A model generated the notes under the pieces. The model was not told the origin of the DNA, did no database searches, and was given only the letters and a program-made list of their open reading frames with translations. Source: Alphaproteobacteria bacterium (lineage in GTDB: Bacteria > Pseudomonadota > Alphaproteobacteria > SP197). Taken from it: a stretch of 64,000 nt of DNA. The stretch covers positions 2,720,001 to 2,784,000 of the forward strand of contig OZ245842.1 in assembly GCA_965228895.1 (NCBI GenBank), read 5' to 3'. The position numbers and the translations under genes were made by a program. Positions 8,463-19,387 of this stretch are shown here, one piece after another; the stretch's first letter is position 1; every line of letters begins with the position of its first letter.

Positions 8463-11400
8463 ATGCGTGTTTCGCGCCATTACACACAAGACGGCAACGA
8501 TGCCTATGACGGCATCACATTCCGCAAAGCGACCAGCGAAATTCGTAATCCGGATGGTTCTGTCGTTTTCCAACAACACGATATCAACGTGCCGGCGTCG
8601 TGGTCCCAGGTGGCCTGCGACATCATCGCGCAGAAGTATTTCCGCAAGGCTGGCGTAGCCGAGGAACTGGTCGCCGTCGAAGAGGCGGATGTCCCCAGTT
8701 GGTTGTGGAAGAAGCAGCCGGCCGAGCGTTCCGCTATGACCGGCGAGACCGACGCCTGCCAGGTCTTCGACCGGCTTTCCGGCACCTGGACCTATTGGGG
8801 CTGGAAGGGCGGCTATTTCGACGCCGAAGCGGACGCGCGCGCCTATTTCGACGAGATGCGCTACATGCTGGCGACGCAGATGGCGGCGCCGAACTCACCG
8901 CAGTGGTTCAACACGGGCCTGAACTGGGCTTATGGCATCGAGGGCCCGGCCCAAGGGCACCACTATGTCGACCATCAGTCGGGCGAGCTCACGCGCTCCC
9001 AGAGCGCCTACGAACATCCGCAGCCCCATGCCTGCTTCATTCAGGGCGTCGAAGACGATCTGGTGAACGACAACGGCATCATGGACCTTTGGGTGCGCGA
9101 GGCTCGCCTCTTCAAGTATGGGTCCGGCACCGGCTCCAACTTCTCCAAGCTCAGGGGCGGCGGCGAGAACCTGTCGGGCGGCGGCAAGTCCTCCGGTCTG
9201 ATGAGTTTCCTCAAAGTCGGCGACCGCGCCGCGGGCTCGATCAAATCCGGCGGTACGACGCGGCGCGCGGCCAAGATGGTCGTTGTCGATATCGATCATC
9301 CCGATGTCGAGGACTTCATCGGCTGGAAGATGGTCGAAGAGCAGAAGGTCGCGGCCCTTGTCGCCGGCTCCAAGCTCTGCGAGCGCCACCTGAACGAGGT
9401 CATGAGCGCCTGTCACGTGACGGATCGTCACGATGACGAACGGTTCGATCCGCGCAAGAACAGCTCGCTGAAAAAGGCGGTGCTGGAGGCGCGCCGCGCC
9501 ATGGTCTCGGAGAACTACATCCAGCGTGTCATGCAGTTGGCACGCCAAGGCTTCACCGGTATCGCGTTCCAGTCCTACGACACCGACTGGGATTCCGAAG
9601 CCTACCGCACCGTCAGCGGCCAGAACGCCAACAACAGCGTACGTGTCACCAACGACTTCCTGGATGCGGTCGGCAGCGATGACGATTGGGAACTTGTCCG
9701 CCGCACGGACGGCAAGACCCACAAGATCGTCAAGGCGCGTTATCTGTGGGATCAGATTGCCTATGCCGCATGGTCGTCGGCCGATCCGGGCGTGCAATAC
9801 GACACCACGATCAACGAGTGGCATACCTGCCCTGCTTCGGGCCGGATCAACGCGTCGAACCCGTGTTCGGAGTACATGTTCCTGGACGACACGGCGTGCA
9901 ATCTGGCGTCGTTGAACCTGCTGCGTTTCCGCAAGGACGACGGCAGCTTCGATATTGCGGCATTCGAACACGCGGTACGTCTGTGGACCATCACGCTCGA
10001 AATTTCGGTCATGATGGCGCAGTTCCCGTCGAAGGAAATTGCGCAACGGTCCTATGACTTCCGCACACTGGGCCTCGGCTTCGCCAATGTTGGCGGTCTC
10101 TTGATGGCCGGCGGTTTCAGTTACGACTCGCAAGAGGGTCGGGCGATCTGTGGGGCCATCTCTGCACTGATGACCGGCGTTTCGTACGCCACGAGTGCGG
10201 AGATGGCCCGCGAGCTCGGCGCCTTTCCCCGCTACCGCGAGAACGCCGACGATATGCTGCGCGTCATGCGCAACCATCGTCAGGCAGCACGCGGCGGCCA
10301 GGACAACTATGAAGCGCTGTCGATCACGCCTGTCGCGCTGGATCACGACAGCCTGCCCGACCGCGATCTCGGCGAGGCCGCGATCCGCGCGTGGGAATCC
10401 GCGGTGCGCCTTGGCGAGTACCATGGCTACCGCAACGCCCAAGCCACTGTCGTCGCGCCGACCGGTACCATCGGCCTTGTGATGGATTGCGATACGACGG
10501 GCATCGAGCCGGACTTCGCGCTGGTCAAGTTCAAAAAGCTGTCAGGCGGCGGCTACTTTAAGATCATCAACCGTACGGTCCCCACGGCACTCACACATTT
10601 GGGCTACAGCGAAACCCAAATCGATGAGATAGCGGATTACGCGGTGGGCCACGGTTCGCTGAAAGACGCGCCCGGTATCAACCACGAAACACTGGCGGCC
10701 AAAGGGTTCACGGCCGAGATCCTCGAAACCGTCGAAGCGGCGCTCGGCAACGCGTTCGATATCAAGTTTGTCTTCAACAAGTGGACCTTGGGCGCAGAGT
10801 TCTGCACCGAAATCCTGGAGATCAACGAAGCAGCGCTCGATGATGCCGGCTTTGATCTCCTGAAGGCGATTGGGTTCAGTCAAGACGAGATCGACGCAGC
10901 CAACATCCACTGTTGCGGCGCGATGACGCTTGAAGGTGCGCCGCACCTGAAGGACGAGCACCTGCCGGTTTTCGACTGCGCCAATCCGTGCGGTCGCTTG
11001 GGCAAGCGCTTCCTGTCGACCAACAGCCACATCAACATGATGGCCGCGGCCCAGCCGTTCATTTCCGGCGCCATTTCCAAGACCATCAACATGCCGAACT
11101 CGGCATCGGTCGAGGAATGTCAGGAGGCCTATCTGTTGTCGTGGCGGTTGGGTCTGAAGGCCAACGCGCTCTATCGCGACGGCTCGAAACTGTCGCAGCC
11201 GTTGTCGGCCATCAACCTCGGCGACGACGTCGACGACCTGATGGAAAGCGCCAACCAGAACGAGAAGGTGCATCACGTCGTCGAGCGGATCGTCACCAAG
11301 ATCGTGCATCAAGGCGATCGCGGACAGCGTCTACGCCTCGACAACCGTCGCCGCGGGTATACGCAGAAAGCGGTGGTCGGTGGTCACAAGGTTTACCTGA

Positions 11401-12137
11401 AGACCGGCGAATATGCCGATGGCAGCCTGGGCGAGATCTTCATCGACATGCACAAGGAAGGTGCGGCCTTCCGCAGCCTGATGAACAACTTCGCCATCGC
11501 CGTCTCCATCGGCCTGCAGTATGGCGTGCCGTTGGAAGAGTTCGTCGAGTCCTTCACGTTCACGCGATTCGAACCGTCGGGCATGGTCGAAGGCAACGAG
11601 ACGATCAAGATGTCGACCTCGATCCTGGACTACATCTTCCGCGAACTCGCCATCAGCTATCTGGCGCGCGACGACCTCGCCCATGTCGAGCCGAACGATT
11701 TGACGCCCGACACGGTCGGTCGCGGTGATGCCGCCGAGGAGTTCACCGGCGAAGGCGACAGCGGCATGAACGAAGTCGCCGAACTGCTGCGCCGCATCAC
11801 CAGCAACGGCTATACGCGAGGCCGCCTGCAGGTTTTGGATGGCGGTTTGAAAGAACAGACCAAGGTAACGACCTCCGAAGTGGAGGTTGTCGAGACCGAG
11901 ATGGTCGAAACCGAATCCGCATACGGCAACGTGTCGGTATCGGGAACGTCGGGTGCCGCCATCGCGGCAGTCGAGGTTGTCGATGCGGTTGTCGGCGACC
12001 GGGCCGAGAAGGTCCGCGCCGCGCGTATGCAAGGTTATGAAGGTGATCCGTGCTCAGAATGCGGAAACCTGACCCTGGTCCGCAACGGGACGTGCCTCAA
12101 GTGTGTCACTTGTGGCTCAACGAGCGGTTGCTCGTGA
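8463..12137 (+). CDS. nrdJ: vitamin B12-dependent (class II) ribonucleotide reductase
   Basis: [35 protein letters not shown] catalytic motif, APTGTI, SKTIN, TSCPD-type region, C-terminal C..C/C..C; GGAGGT upstream of ATG 8463. Confidence 0.97.
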   Translation: MRVSRHYTQDGNDAYDGITFRKATSEIRNPDGSVVFQQHDINVPASWSQVACDIIAQKYFRKAGVAEELVAVEEADVPSWLWKKQPAERSAMTGETDACQVFDRLSGTWTYWGWKGGYFDAEADARAYFDEMRYMLATQMAAPNSPQWFNTGLNWAYGIEGPAQGHHYVDHQSGELTRSQSAYEHPQPHACFIQGVEDDLVNDNGIMDLWVREARLFKYGSGTGSNFSKLRGGGENLSGGGKSSGLMSFLKVGDRAAGSIKSGGTTRRAAKMVVVDIDHPDVEDFIGWKMVEEQKVAALVAGSKLCERHLNEVMSACHVTDRHDDERFDPRKNSSLKKAVLEARRAMVSENYIQRVMQLARQGFTGIAFQSYDTDWDSEAYRTVSGQNANNSVRVTNDFLDAVGSDDDWELVRRTDGKTHKIVKARYLWDQIAYAAWSSADPGVQYDTTINEWHTCPASGRINASNPCSEYMFLDDTACNLASLNLLRFRKDDGSFDIAAFEHAVRLWTITLEISVMMAQFPSKEIAQRSYDFRTLGLGFANVGGLLMAGGFSYDSQEGRAICGAISALMTGVSYATSAEMARELGAFPRYRENADDMLRVMRNHRQAARGGQDNYEALSITPVALDHDSLPDRDLGEAAIRAWESAVRLGEYHGYRNAQATVVAPTGTIGLVMDCDTTGIEPDFALVKFKKLSGGGYFKIINRTVPTALTHLGYSETQIDEIADYAVGHGSLKDAPGINHETLAAKGFTAEILETVEAALGNAFDIKFVFNKWTLGAEFCTEILEINEAALDDAGFDLLKAIGFSQDEIDAANIHCCGAMTLEGAPHLKDEHLPVFDCANPCGRLGKRFLSTNSHINMMAAAQPFISGAISKTINMPNSASVEECQEAYLLSWRLGLKANALYRDGSKLSQPLSAINLGDDVDDLMESANQNEKVHHVVERIVTKIVHQGDRGQRLRLDNRRRGYTQKAVVGGHKVYLKTGEYADGSLGEIFIDMHKEGAAFRSLMNNFAIAVSIGLQYGVPLEEFVESFTFTRFEPSGMVEGNETIKMSTSILDYIFRELAISYLARDDLAHVEPNDLTPDTVGRGDAAEEFTGEGDSGMNEVAELLRRITSNGYTRGRLQVLDGGLKEQTKVTTSEVEVVETEMVETESAYGNVSVSGTSGAAIAAVEVVDAVVGDRAEKVRAARMQGYEGDPCSECGNLTLVRNGTCLKCVTCGSTSGCS

Positions 12138-12160
12138 CGATGCGTCCGGTTGCAGGCACG

Positions 12161-12252
12161 GGTGGCCGACGCCCCTAACGGGGATTCCGCCGGCCACCGC
12201 TCATGGTGTGTCCTCCCTGACTTGGGGCGCGTTTCGGCGCGCCCCTTTTTTT
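12161..12252 (+). ncRNA. suhB/MmgR (alpha-r8)-like small RNA candidate
   Basis: 5' hairpin GGTGGCCG/CGGCCACC, then single-stranded GTGTCCTCCCTGACTTGG (anti-SD) running into a GC terminator and T7. The layout matches my recollection of the Rfam suhB family; not searched. Confidence 0.6.
12224..12252 (+). terminator. rho-independent terminator downstream of nrdJ / the sRNA
   Basis: GGGGCGCG-TTTCGG-CGCGCCCC followed by TTTTTTT. Confidence 0.9.
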
Positions 12253-12334
12253 CATGGCGCCAGGGAGGAAAACAATCCTGACACGCCATCTCGGCTGCGC
12301 CAAATCAAACCAAAAATCGTTTGGTTTCCTGACC

Positions 12335-13471
12335 TTAGTTGGTGAAGCGCGGTGCGACCTGGGTCGCGAAGAGGCGCAGGCTGGACTTCACCTGATCGAA
12401 GGTCAGGCCGGGAACGTTGAGAAACAGCGCCAGATGCTGGCAACCGGTCTCGTCTCGTAACCGCTCGATCTGGCGCGCGACCGTGTCCGGCGTGCCGATC
12501 AAGACGAGATCGTGCTTCAGTTGGAACTCCAGCGCGCCGAGCTCGAGGTCGCCGTCGTCCAGTTCCGCTTCCGACACCGTCGCCTTGCGCATGCGGTAGA
12601 GATTGCCGCTGGCCCACTGGGCCAGACGGTCCAAACCCGGCGCCGTCGCGGCGAGCGCCTCATCATAATCCTCGGCGATATAGGCGACGCGCATAACGGC
12701 GAGACCCTCGCCATAGGCGACCTTCCTGTCCTGTGTCTCGGACGCAACTTCCTGGTAGCGGGTCCAGTTCTCGCGAATGCGGCCCAAGGACAGGAACTGG
12801 CACATGGTGCCGATGCCCAGCCGCGCACAGTATTCGTGGGACAACAAGGATTCCGCCATCGCCCAGATCGGCGGCCTGGGTTTCTGATAGGGACCCGGGA
12901 AGATGCCGATATGCTGCAATTCACCATCCTCGGCGTGATAGTCGGGATCGTGCGCCAAGGGATTGGCTTCCTTCCAACCGGGCGCCGGGAAGGTGTGAAA
13001 GCGACCTTCGTGGCGAAATGCTTTTTGGGTCAGCGCCTTCAAAAGAATATCGACGTTCTCCTCATAGAGTTCGCGATTGAGATCGCGGTCGCGGCGGTCG
13101 CCGGCGGGATGGAAGTTTTTGCACGCCCGGCTGTTGATGCCCGGCGCAATACCGATGTCGACACGCCCCCTGGTCATCTGATCGAGAAACGCGATGTCCT
13201 CCGCCAGCCTGATGGGATGCCAGTCCGGCACGACGTTGCCGCACTGGCCCAGCCGGAGCCGGTCGCTGTAGCGCGCGAGATCGGCGCCCAACAGCAGCGC
13301 GTTCGACCCGGACCGGTACCAGCCGTCCCAGGCAAAGTGATGCTCGGCAAGCCAGACGCCCGTGAAGCCGAGGTCGTCGAGCAACTCCGTCGTTTCGTGC
13401 ATCTCGTCGAACAGCAGCTCCCAGTCATAGGGATCGCCGACGTGGTAAAAGAGCGTGCTGTCGAAGCGCAT
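12335..13471 (-). CDS. LLM class (luciferase-like) flavin-dependent oxidoreductase
   Basis: GF.GVWLAEHHF, HPIRLAEDIAFLD.MT.GR...G, P.QKP.PPIW, GTPD.V..QI, SLRLFA..V.P. Confidence 0.92.
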   Translation of the reverse strand: MRFDSTLFYHVGDPYDWELLFDEMHETTELLDDLGFTGVWLAEHHFAWDGWYRSGSNALLLGADLARYSDRLRLGQCGNVVPDWHPIRLAEDIAFLDQMTRGRVDIGIAPGINSRACKNFHPAGDRRDRDLNRELYEENVDILLKALTQKAFRHEGRFHTFPAPGWKEANPLAHDPDYHAEDGELQHIGIFPGPYQKPRPPIWAMAESLLSHEYCARLGIGTMCQFLSLGRIRENWTRYQEVASETQDRKVAYGEGLAVMRVAYIAEDYDEALAATAPGLDRLAQWASGNLYRMRKATVSEAELDDGDLELGALEFQLKHDLVLIGTPDTVARQIERLRDETGCQHLALFLNVPGLTFDQVKSSLRLFATQVAPRFTN

Positions 13472-13607
13472 GGGTTTTTATCCACCTGTGGAAAACCGCA
13501 GGCAGACTATGGCGGCCTTAGGGCCCCAGCAACCGCTTGGCGCCGAATGTTGCATGCGCGAATGGATTGTGCTGCACTGCACAATATGGTGAAGCCGGAG
13601 ACACTGC

Positions 13608-14468
13608 ATGGAAACGGCAACGACCCTCGATCAGATGAGGGCGCGCCTGCAGGACTGGCGTGCCTCGGGCGAACGCGTCGGCCTTGTGCCGACCATGGGC
13701 GCCCTGCATCCCGGTCATATGTCACTGGTCGACGGGTGCCACGCAGCTGCCGATAGAGTTGTTGTGAGCCTGTTCATCAACCCGCGCCAATTCGGACCCA
13801 ACGAGGATCTCGACGCCTATCCGCGGGATCTGGACAGCGATGCGGCACAACTGGGCGACGCCGGCGTCGACCTGCTCTACGCGCCGACGGGCGACCAGAT
13901 CTATCCGAAGGGATTTGCGACAACCGTTTCTCTCACCGGCCCCGCCGAAGGGCTGGAAAACGAGCACAGGCCCGGTTTCTTCGACGGTGTCGCCACGGTC
14001 GTGACCAAACTCTTCCTGCAAACCCATGCCGACGTCGCCGTGTTTGGCGAAAAGGACTACCAGCAGCTCATCGTCGTCAAACGCTTCGTCAGGGATCTCA
14101 ATCTGGACATCGAGATCCTCGGCATGCCGACCGTGCGTGAGGCCGACGGCCTCGCCTGTTCCTCGCGCAACGCCTATCTCAATGCCGATCAGCGCCGAAT
14201 CGCGCCGCGATTGTGGCAGACGTTATCCACAGCGGGACAAGCGCTTGCCACGGCCGGCTCCCCCGAAGCGGTCGTCGCCGGTGCCAAGCGCGACCTTGAA
14301 GCCAGCTTTGATGAGGTGGAGTATGTCGCGTGGCGTGACGGGGAAACGCTGATGCCCAATCCGGCAGACGATCGGCCAAGCCGTCTGCTGGCGGCGGTCA
14401 AGCTCGGTACGACACGGCTGATCGACAATGTTGCGGTTGCACCAAGGCAAGGCGTGGGGTCGCCATGA
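13608..14468 (+). CDS. panC: pantoate--beta-alanine ligase
   Basis: VPTMGALHPGH, F.NP.QF, RPGFFDGVATVV.KLF, FGEKDYQQ, RE.DGLA.SSRN, RLIDN. Confidence 0.97.
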   Translation: METATTLDQMRARLQDWRASGERVGLVPTMGALHPGHMSLVDGCHAAADRVVVSLFINPRQFGPNEDLDAYPRDLDSDAAQLGDAGVDLLYAPTGDQIYPKGFATTVSLTGPAEGLENEHRPGFFDGVATVVTKLFLQTHADVAVFGEKDYQQLIVVKRFVRDLNLDIEILGMPTVREADGLACSSRNAYLNADQRRIAPRLWQTLSTAGQALATAGSPEAVVAGAKRDLEASFDEVEYVAWRDGETLMPNPADDRPSRLLAAVKLGTTRLIDNVAVAPRQGVGSP

Positions 14469-15325
14469 CAGCAAACCGGGTCAACAAATCTCAGCTTCCG
14501 GTCAACGAGGTACTCGGTCCCAAGGGCGGCGCGCCGATCGTCGGCCTGACCGCCTATACCGCGCCGGTCGCCAAACGGCTCGATCGGCATGTCGATTTCA
14601 TGCTGGTTGGCGATTCGCTCGCCATGGTGCTTTACGGCATGGTGACGACACGCGGTATCGATCTGGAAACGATGATACGCCACGGCCGCGCCGTCGCCGA
14701 ACACGCACACCAGGCGGTGATCGTCGTCGATATGCCGTTCGGCACCTATGAGGACGACCGCGATGTCGCCATGGCGAACGTCAAACGGGTCATGGACGAA
14801 ACCGGCTGCGACGCCGTCAAGATGGAAGGCGGCGCCGACCTGGCGCCGACCGTCGCTGATGTCACGGCAAGCGGCATTCCGGTGATGGGCCATATCGGTC
14901 TGATGCCCCAGCGCGCCAAAGACCGGTCGGGTTTCCGCACCAAAGGTAAGAGTGATTCCGAAGCGCGGCGCATCGTGAAGGACGCCAAGGCCATTGCGAA
15001 CGCCGGCGCGTTTGCCATTGTGGTTGAAGGTGTCGTTGACTCGGTGGCGCAAAACGTCACCGATGCGGTCCACGTGCCGACCATTGGCATCGGCGCTTCG
15101 GCGACCTGCGATGGACAGATCCTGGTCACCGAAGACATGTCGGGCTTGTTCACCGACTTCAAGCCGCGCTTTGTCAAACGCTATGCCGAACTCGGCGACG
15201 CGCTGGAGGCTGCGGTCGTAGCCTATGCGAACGACGTGCGCGAGCGTACGTTTCCCGGCGACGAACACGTCGTCCATGCGCCCAAGACATCGAAACCGAA
15301 GGAAGTCGATCGCGCCAAACGTTAA
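14465..15325 (+). CDS. panB: 3-methyl-2-oxobutanoate hydroxymethyltransferase
   Basis: LTAY, LVGDSL.MV, VVDMPF, VKMEGG, GHIGL.PQ, TIGIGA..CDGQILV. Confidence 0.97.
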   Translation: MTANRVNKSQLPVNEVLGPKGGAPIVGLTAYTAPVAKRLDRHVDFMLVGDSLAMVLYGMVTTRGIDLETMIRHGRAVAEHAHQAVIVVDMPFGTYEDDRDVAMANVKRVMDETGCDAVKMEGGADLAPTVADVTASGIPVMGHIGLMPQRAKDRSGFRTKGKSDSEARRIVKDAKAIANAGAFAIVVEGVVDSVAQNVTDAVHVPTIGIGASATCDGQILVTEDMSGLFTDFKPRFVKRYAELGDALEAAVVAYANDVRERTFPGDEHVVHAPKTSKPKEVDRAKR

Positions 15326-15335
15326 TGGCTTTGCC

Positions 15336-16127
15336 TCACTGCAGGTGCAACGACAAGAACGCCTTCATGCGCATATAGGCGATGGCCGTGACGTCGGGGT
15401 CATAACGCATCAGGTGGCCCTGATAGATGCCGGGCGCGCCTTCCCAATCGAACGCATGGGTGGCGCCGGGGAAGACGACGAGATCGAAACCGTCATCAGC
15501 CCGAACCTCCTGCTTCATCGCTTCGCACAACACCGGCGCGGTCGCCGTATCCTCGCTGCCGACCAGGACAAGCAACGGCGCGTCGAGGTCAGACGCATCG
15601 GACTGGCAGCGTGGATAGAACGCAACCGCCACCTCGAACATGTCGCTTGGCGCGACCTGATTGACGATGCCGCCGGCGATCGACTTCAGGGCCGTCGTGC
15701 CACCATCGGACCATCCGACGACGCCAATACGCTCGGCATCGACGAATGGCTGCGCGGCCAGGTACGCCCGGCCGGCAAACGCATCACTGATTCGCAGGTC
15801 GGCATTCACTGTGGCGTCGGCACTGCCGCACACCGTTTCGATACCCCGCGGTCCAAGACTATCAATGCGAAGGGAGACATAACCCCATCGCTCCAGAAAC
15901 CCCTCTTCCCATTCCCAGGTGAGATCGGTGCCGTTGCAACCGTGCAGCATGACGACGGCAGGAAACGGTCCGTCGCCGTCCGGTTTGTTGAGTTTTGCCT
16001 GCAGCGTCACGGTGGCCCCGGTCTGGTCTGTCACCGGAAACGCGACGATCGTGCTCTCGGCATGCGCCAGCGAGACCGACGACAGGGCGGCGATGCCGAT
16101 CAAAAGGCTGGCGACAACGGCTTTCAT
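15336..16127 (-). CDS. exported dienelactone hydrolase family alpha/beta hydrolase
   Basis: Signal peptide (AHA-E), PFPAVVMLHGC.G, RIGVVGWSDGG, FYP.C, G.ED, HAFD. Confidence 0.85.
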   Translation of the reverse strand: MKAVVASLLIGIAALSSVSLAHAESTIVAFPVTDQTGATVTLQAKLNKPDGDGPFPAVVMLHGCNGTDLTWEWEEGFLERWGYVSLRIDSLGPRGIETVCGSADATVNADLRISDAFAGRAYLAAQPFVDAERIGVVGWSDGGTTALKSIAGGIVNQVAPSDMFEVAVAFYPRCQSDASDLDAPLLVLVGSEDTATAPVLCEAMKQEVRADDGFDLVVFPGATHAFDWEGAPGIYQGHLMRYDPDVTAIAYMRMKAFLSLHLQ

Positions 16128-16236
16128 GGCGACCCAGTCTAACGCGAGATACGGCGCCGACAACGATCGTCTCCGATTAACCGGACCGCAACGCTATCGA
16201 AAGTCTAGCTGCCGCAAGGCGATAGCGCCTTGCCGC

Positions 16237-18042
16237 CTATTCCTGCGCCAGGGTCGCTTCGCGCGCCTTCTTGTCGACGTCCGGCGCCAGGCGGATGTGC
16301 AGCTCGCGCAGTTGATGCATGGAGGCTTCCGACGGTGCGCCCATCATCAGGTCCTGGGCCTGCTGGTTCATTGGGAACAGCGTGACCTCGCGGATGTTCG
16401 GTTCGTCGGCCAACAGCATGACAATGCGGTCGATACCCGGTGCGATACCGCCATGGGGCGGGCAGCCGTATTGGAACGCGTGATAGAGCGCGCCGAACCG
16501 CTCCTCCACATCGGCCGCTGTGTAGCCGGCGATCTCGAACGCCCGCACCATAGTCGCGGGTTCGTGGTTACGGATCGCGCCGCTCGCCAACTCGATACCA
16601 TTGCAGACGATGTCGTACTGGTGCGCCAACACCTCCAGCGGATCTTGGTCGGCCAGCGCCGCGGCGCCGCCTTGCGGCATGGAGAACGGGTTGTGGCTGA
16701 AGTCGATCTTCTTGAGCTGTTCGTCGTAATCGAACATCGGATAGTCGACGATCCAGCAGAAGCGGAACGCGTTTTCATCGACCAGGCCAAGCTCGGCACC
16801 CGTGCGCGTGCGCACCAGACCGGCGATCCGTTCGGCCTCGGCCAATCTCGCGCACGAGAAGAACACGGCGTCGCCATCGCCGACGCCGGTTGCCTGGCGA
16901 ATGGCGTCGAGCTCCGCGTCGCTCAGCAGCTTGGCGATCGGTCCCTTGCCGGCGCCGTCCTGGAAAATGACATAGGCGAGCCCCTTGGCGCCGTTCTCCT
17001 GGGCAAAACCGATCATCTTGTCGAAGAAGCTGCGCGGCTGAGCGCCGGCACCGGGCGCGGGAATGGCGCGCGCGACGGCGCCTTTATGAATCTGTTCGCG
17101 GAAGATCTTGAATTCGCTGTCGCGGAAGATCTCCGTCGCATCAGCGTTTTCGATGGGATTGCGCAAGTCCGGCTTGTCGGTGCCGAAGCGCAGCATGGCG
17201 TCGCGAAAAGCAATGCGTGGGAACGGCATGTCCGTTACCGGCCGGTCGCCGAACTCCGCGAACACGCCGTGCATGACCGGTTCGATTGCGTCGAACACGT
17301 CCTCCTGTGTGACGAAACTCATCTCCATGTCGAGCTGATAGAACTCGCCAGCCGCCCGGTCGGCGCGCGCATCTTCATCGCGGAAACACGGTGCGATCTG
17401 GAAATAGCGGTCGAAGCCCGAGGCCATGACGAGCTGCTTGAAGATCTGGGGCGCCTGGGGCAACGCGTAGAACTGGCCGGGATGCAGGCGGCTCGGCACC
17501 AGAAAGTCCCGCGCGCCTTCCGGGCTGGATGCGGTCAGGATCGGCGTCTGAAACTCGTTGAAACCCTGGTCGACCATGCGCCGGCGGATCGATGCCACGA
17601 CGTTGGCGCGCAGCATGATGTTCCGCTGCATGACTTCGCGTCTGAGGTCGAGGAAGCGGTAGCGCAGGCGAATGTCTTCGGGATAGTCGGCCTCGCCGAA
17701 CACCGGCATCGGCAGCGCTTCGGCTTCCGAGATCACGTCGAAGGCGCGAATACGGACCTCGATATCGCCGGTCCCGAGTTCCGTGTTCACGGTCTCGGCG
17801 CTGCGCTCGACGACCGGCCCCTCGATCGTCACCACGCTTTCCGAACGAACCGCCTCGGCGGCTGGGAAATGTTCGCCATCGGTCTCGATCACGCATTGGG
17901 TCAGGCCATAGTGGTCGCGCAAATCGACGAACAGCAGATTGCCGTGGTCGCGCTTTCTGTGGACCCAGCCCGACAGGCGGACGGTCTCGCCGACGTTGTC
18001 ACGGCGCAATTGGCCGCAGGTATGCGTGCGATAGCGGTGCAT
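16237..18042 (-). CDS. aspS: aspartate--tRNA ligase (probably non-discriminating Asp/Asn)
   Basis: [19 protein letters not shown] (His typical of non-discriminating enzymes), [34 protein letters not shown]. Confidence 0.97.
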   Translation of the reverse strand: MHRYRTHTCGQLRRDNVGETVRLSGWVHRKRDHGNLLFVDLRDHYGLTQCVIETDGEHFPAAEAVRSESVVTIEGPVVERSAETVNTELGTGDIEVRIRAFDVISEAEALPMPVFGEADYPEDIRLRYRFLDLRREVMQRNIMLRANVVASIRRRMVDQGFNEFQTPILTASSPEGARDFLVPSRLHPGQFYALPQAPQIFKQLVMASGFDRYFQIAPCFRDEDARADRAAGEFYQLDMEMSFVTQEDVFDAIEPVMHGVFAEFGDRPVTDMPFPRIAFRDAMLRFGTDKPDLRNPIENADATEIFRDSEFKIFREQIHKGAVARAIPAPGAGAQPRSFFDKMIGFAQENGAKGLAYVIFQDGAGKGPIAKLLSDAELDAIRQATGVGDGDAVFFSCARLAEAERIAGLVRTRTGAELGLVDENAFRFCWIVDYPMFDYDEQLKKIDFSHNPFSMPQGGAAALADQDPLEVLAHQYDIVCNGIELASGAIRNHEPATMVRAFEIAGYTAADVEERFGALYHAFQYGCPPHGGIAPGIDRIVMLLADEPNIREVTLFPMNQQAQDLMMGAPSEASMHQLRELHIRLAPDVDKKAREATLAQE

Positions 18043-18217
18043 GGAACGTGTCCGGAAATCTAAAGTGAGGCCGGCCCGGCCGGCAGGGCGCGTAAACCAC
18101 ACGTTGGCCCCCATTTTGTCAAGGACACTTGGCCTCCTGGGCCCTCCTGCGCCCTCCCAGGCATTTCCAGCGGCTTTCCGGTGTTTCCGCCGCGTTCCGG
18201 TGCTATAGAAGGGCTCC

Positions 18218-19378
18218 ATGACAGTTCTTACCGACCCCGCCGAGGTCGCGGCGCTCTGCGCCCGCCTTGGCCAGCACAACATCGTCACCGTCGACACCGA
18301 GTTCATGCGCGAGCGGACCTATTGGCCGATTCTGTGCCTGATCCAGGTCGCCAGCCCCGATGAGGCCGTTGCCATCGACCCAAGGGCCGACGGCATGGAT
18401 CTGGCGCCGCTGTTCGACCTGCTGCGCAACGCCGAGGTTCTCAAGGTGTTTCACGCCGCGCGCCAGGATCTGGAGATTTTCTACCATTTGATGGGCGAAG
18501 TGCCCCACCCGATCTTCGACAGCCAGGTTGCGGCCATGGTATGCGGCTTTGGCGAGCAGGTGAGCTATGAGCAGCTCGCCAAGCGCCTGGCCAATGCCAG
18601 CATCGACAAGGCATCGCGTTTTACTGACTGGTGCCGGCGCCCCCTGACCCAAAAGCAGGTCGACTATGCGCTTGCCGACGTCACACACTTGCGAACCGTC
18701 TATGACAAGCTGTCGCGCCAACTGAAGAAGAACAAACGCACGGACTGGCTGAGCGAGGAAATGGATGTTCTGACCAGCGCGCAAACCTATAAGACCGACG
18801 CCCGCCAGTCCTGGCGGCGCATCAAGATGCGCGGCGCCAAACCCCAGCAACTCGCCATACTTCGCGAACTCGCAGCATGGCGCGAGGAGACGGCGCAAAG
18901 CCGAGACGTGCCGCGCAACCGGATCATGAAAGACGATGCGCTGGCCCAGATCGCGACCCAGCGCCCGACCAGCCGCGAAGAACTCGGCCGCGTCCGCATG
19001 CTGCCCAGCGGGCTGGCCAACAGCGCCGACGGCAAGGCGATCCTGGAGGCCGTCACCAAGGGGCTCGCCGTGCCGCGCGACGAAGCGCCGCGTAAGGACA
19101 GCAACGGCCGGCCCGACAAGGAACCGCCGGCCGGCCTGGTCGATCTGCTGAAGACTCTGATGAAGGCGAAATGCGAACAGGCGGGCGTGGCGCCAAAGCT
19201 GGTCGCCAACATGGCGGACGTGGAGAAGCTCGCCGCCGAGGACAACCCGGACTCGCCCTTGATGAAAGGCTGGCGCTACGAAATCTTCGGCGCCGACGCC
19301 ATGAAACTCAAACGCGGCGAGCTCGCCTTGAGCGCCGACGAAAAGGGCCTGAAGGTCATCGACCTGACGAAGAGCTGA
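18218..19378 (+). CDS. rnd: ribonuclease D
   Basis: [31 protein letters not shown]...Q..YALADV, HRDC domain, GWR..IFG. Confidence 0.96.
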   Translation: MTVLTDPAEVAALCARLGQHNIVTVDTEFMRERTYWPILCLIQVASPDEAVAIDPRADGMDLAPLFDLLRNAEVLKVFHAARQDLEIFYHLMGEVPHPIFDSQVAAMVCGFGEQVSYEQLAKRLANASIDKASRFTDWCRRPLTQKQVDYALADVTHLRTVYDKLSRQLKKNKRTDWLSEEMDVLTSAQTYKTDARQSWRRIKMRGAKPQQLAILRELAAWREETAQSRDVPRNRIMKDDALAQIATQRPTSREELGRVRMLPSGLANSADGKAILEAVTKGLAVPRDEAPRKDSNGRPDKEPPAGLVDLLKTLMKAKCEQAGVAPKLVANMADVEKLAAEDNPDSPLMKGWRYEIFGADAMKLKRGELALSADEKGLKVIDLTKS

Positions 19379-19387
19379 GCGCTACCG

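Noticed and set aside
8463-12137. Possible intein in the long NrdJ, or in DnaB
   Set aside because: The length fits fused alphaproteobacterial NrdJ; no intein splice motifs or LAGLIDADG blocks seen in either protein
13478-14231. Replication origin at the DnaA-like boxes
   Set aside because: Too few boxes, no AT-rich unwinding element and no origin-associated genes
15919-18063. Long antisense ORFs (714 aa opposite aspS; likewise 8895-10442, 12512-13756, 33624-34826, 47027-48151)
   Set aside because: Shadow frames expected in high-GC DNA opposite well-supported genes; no motifs of their own
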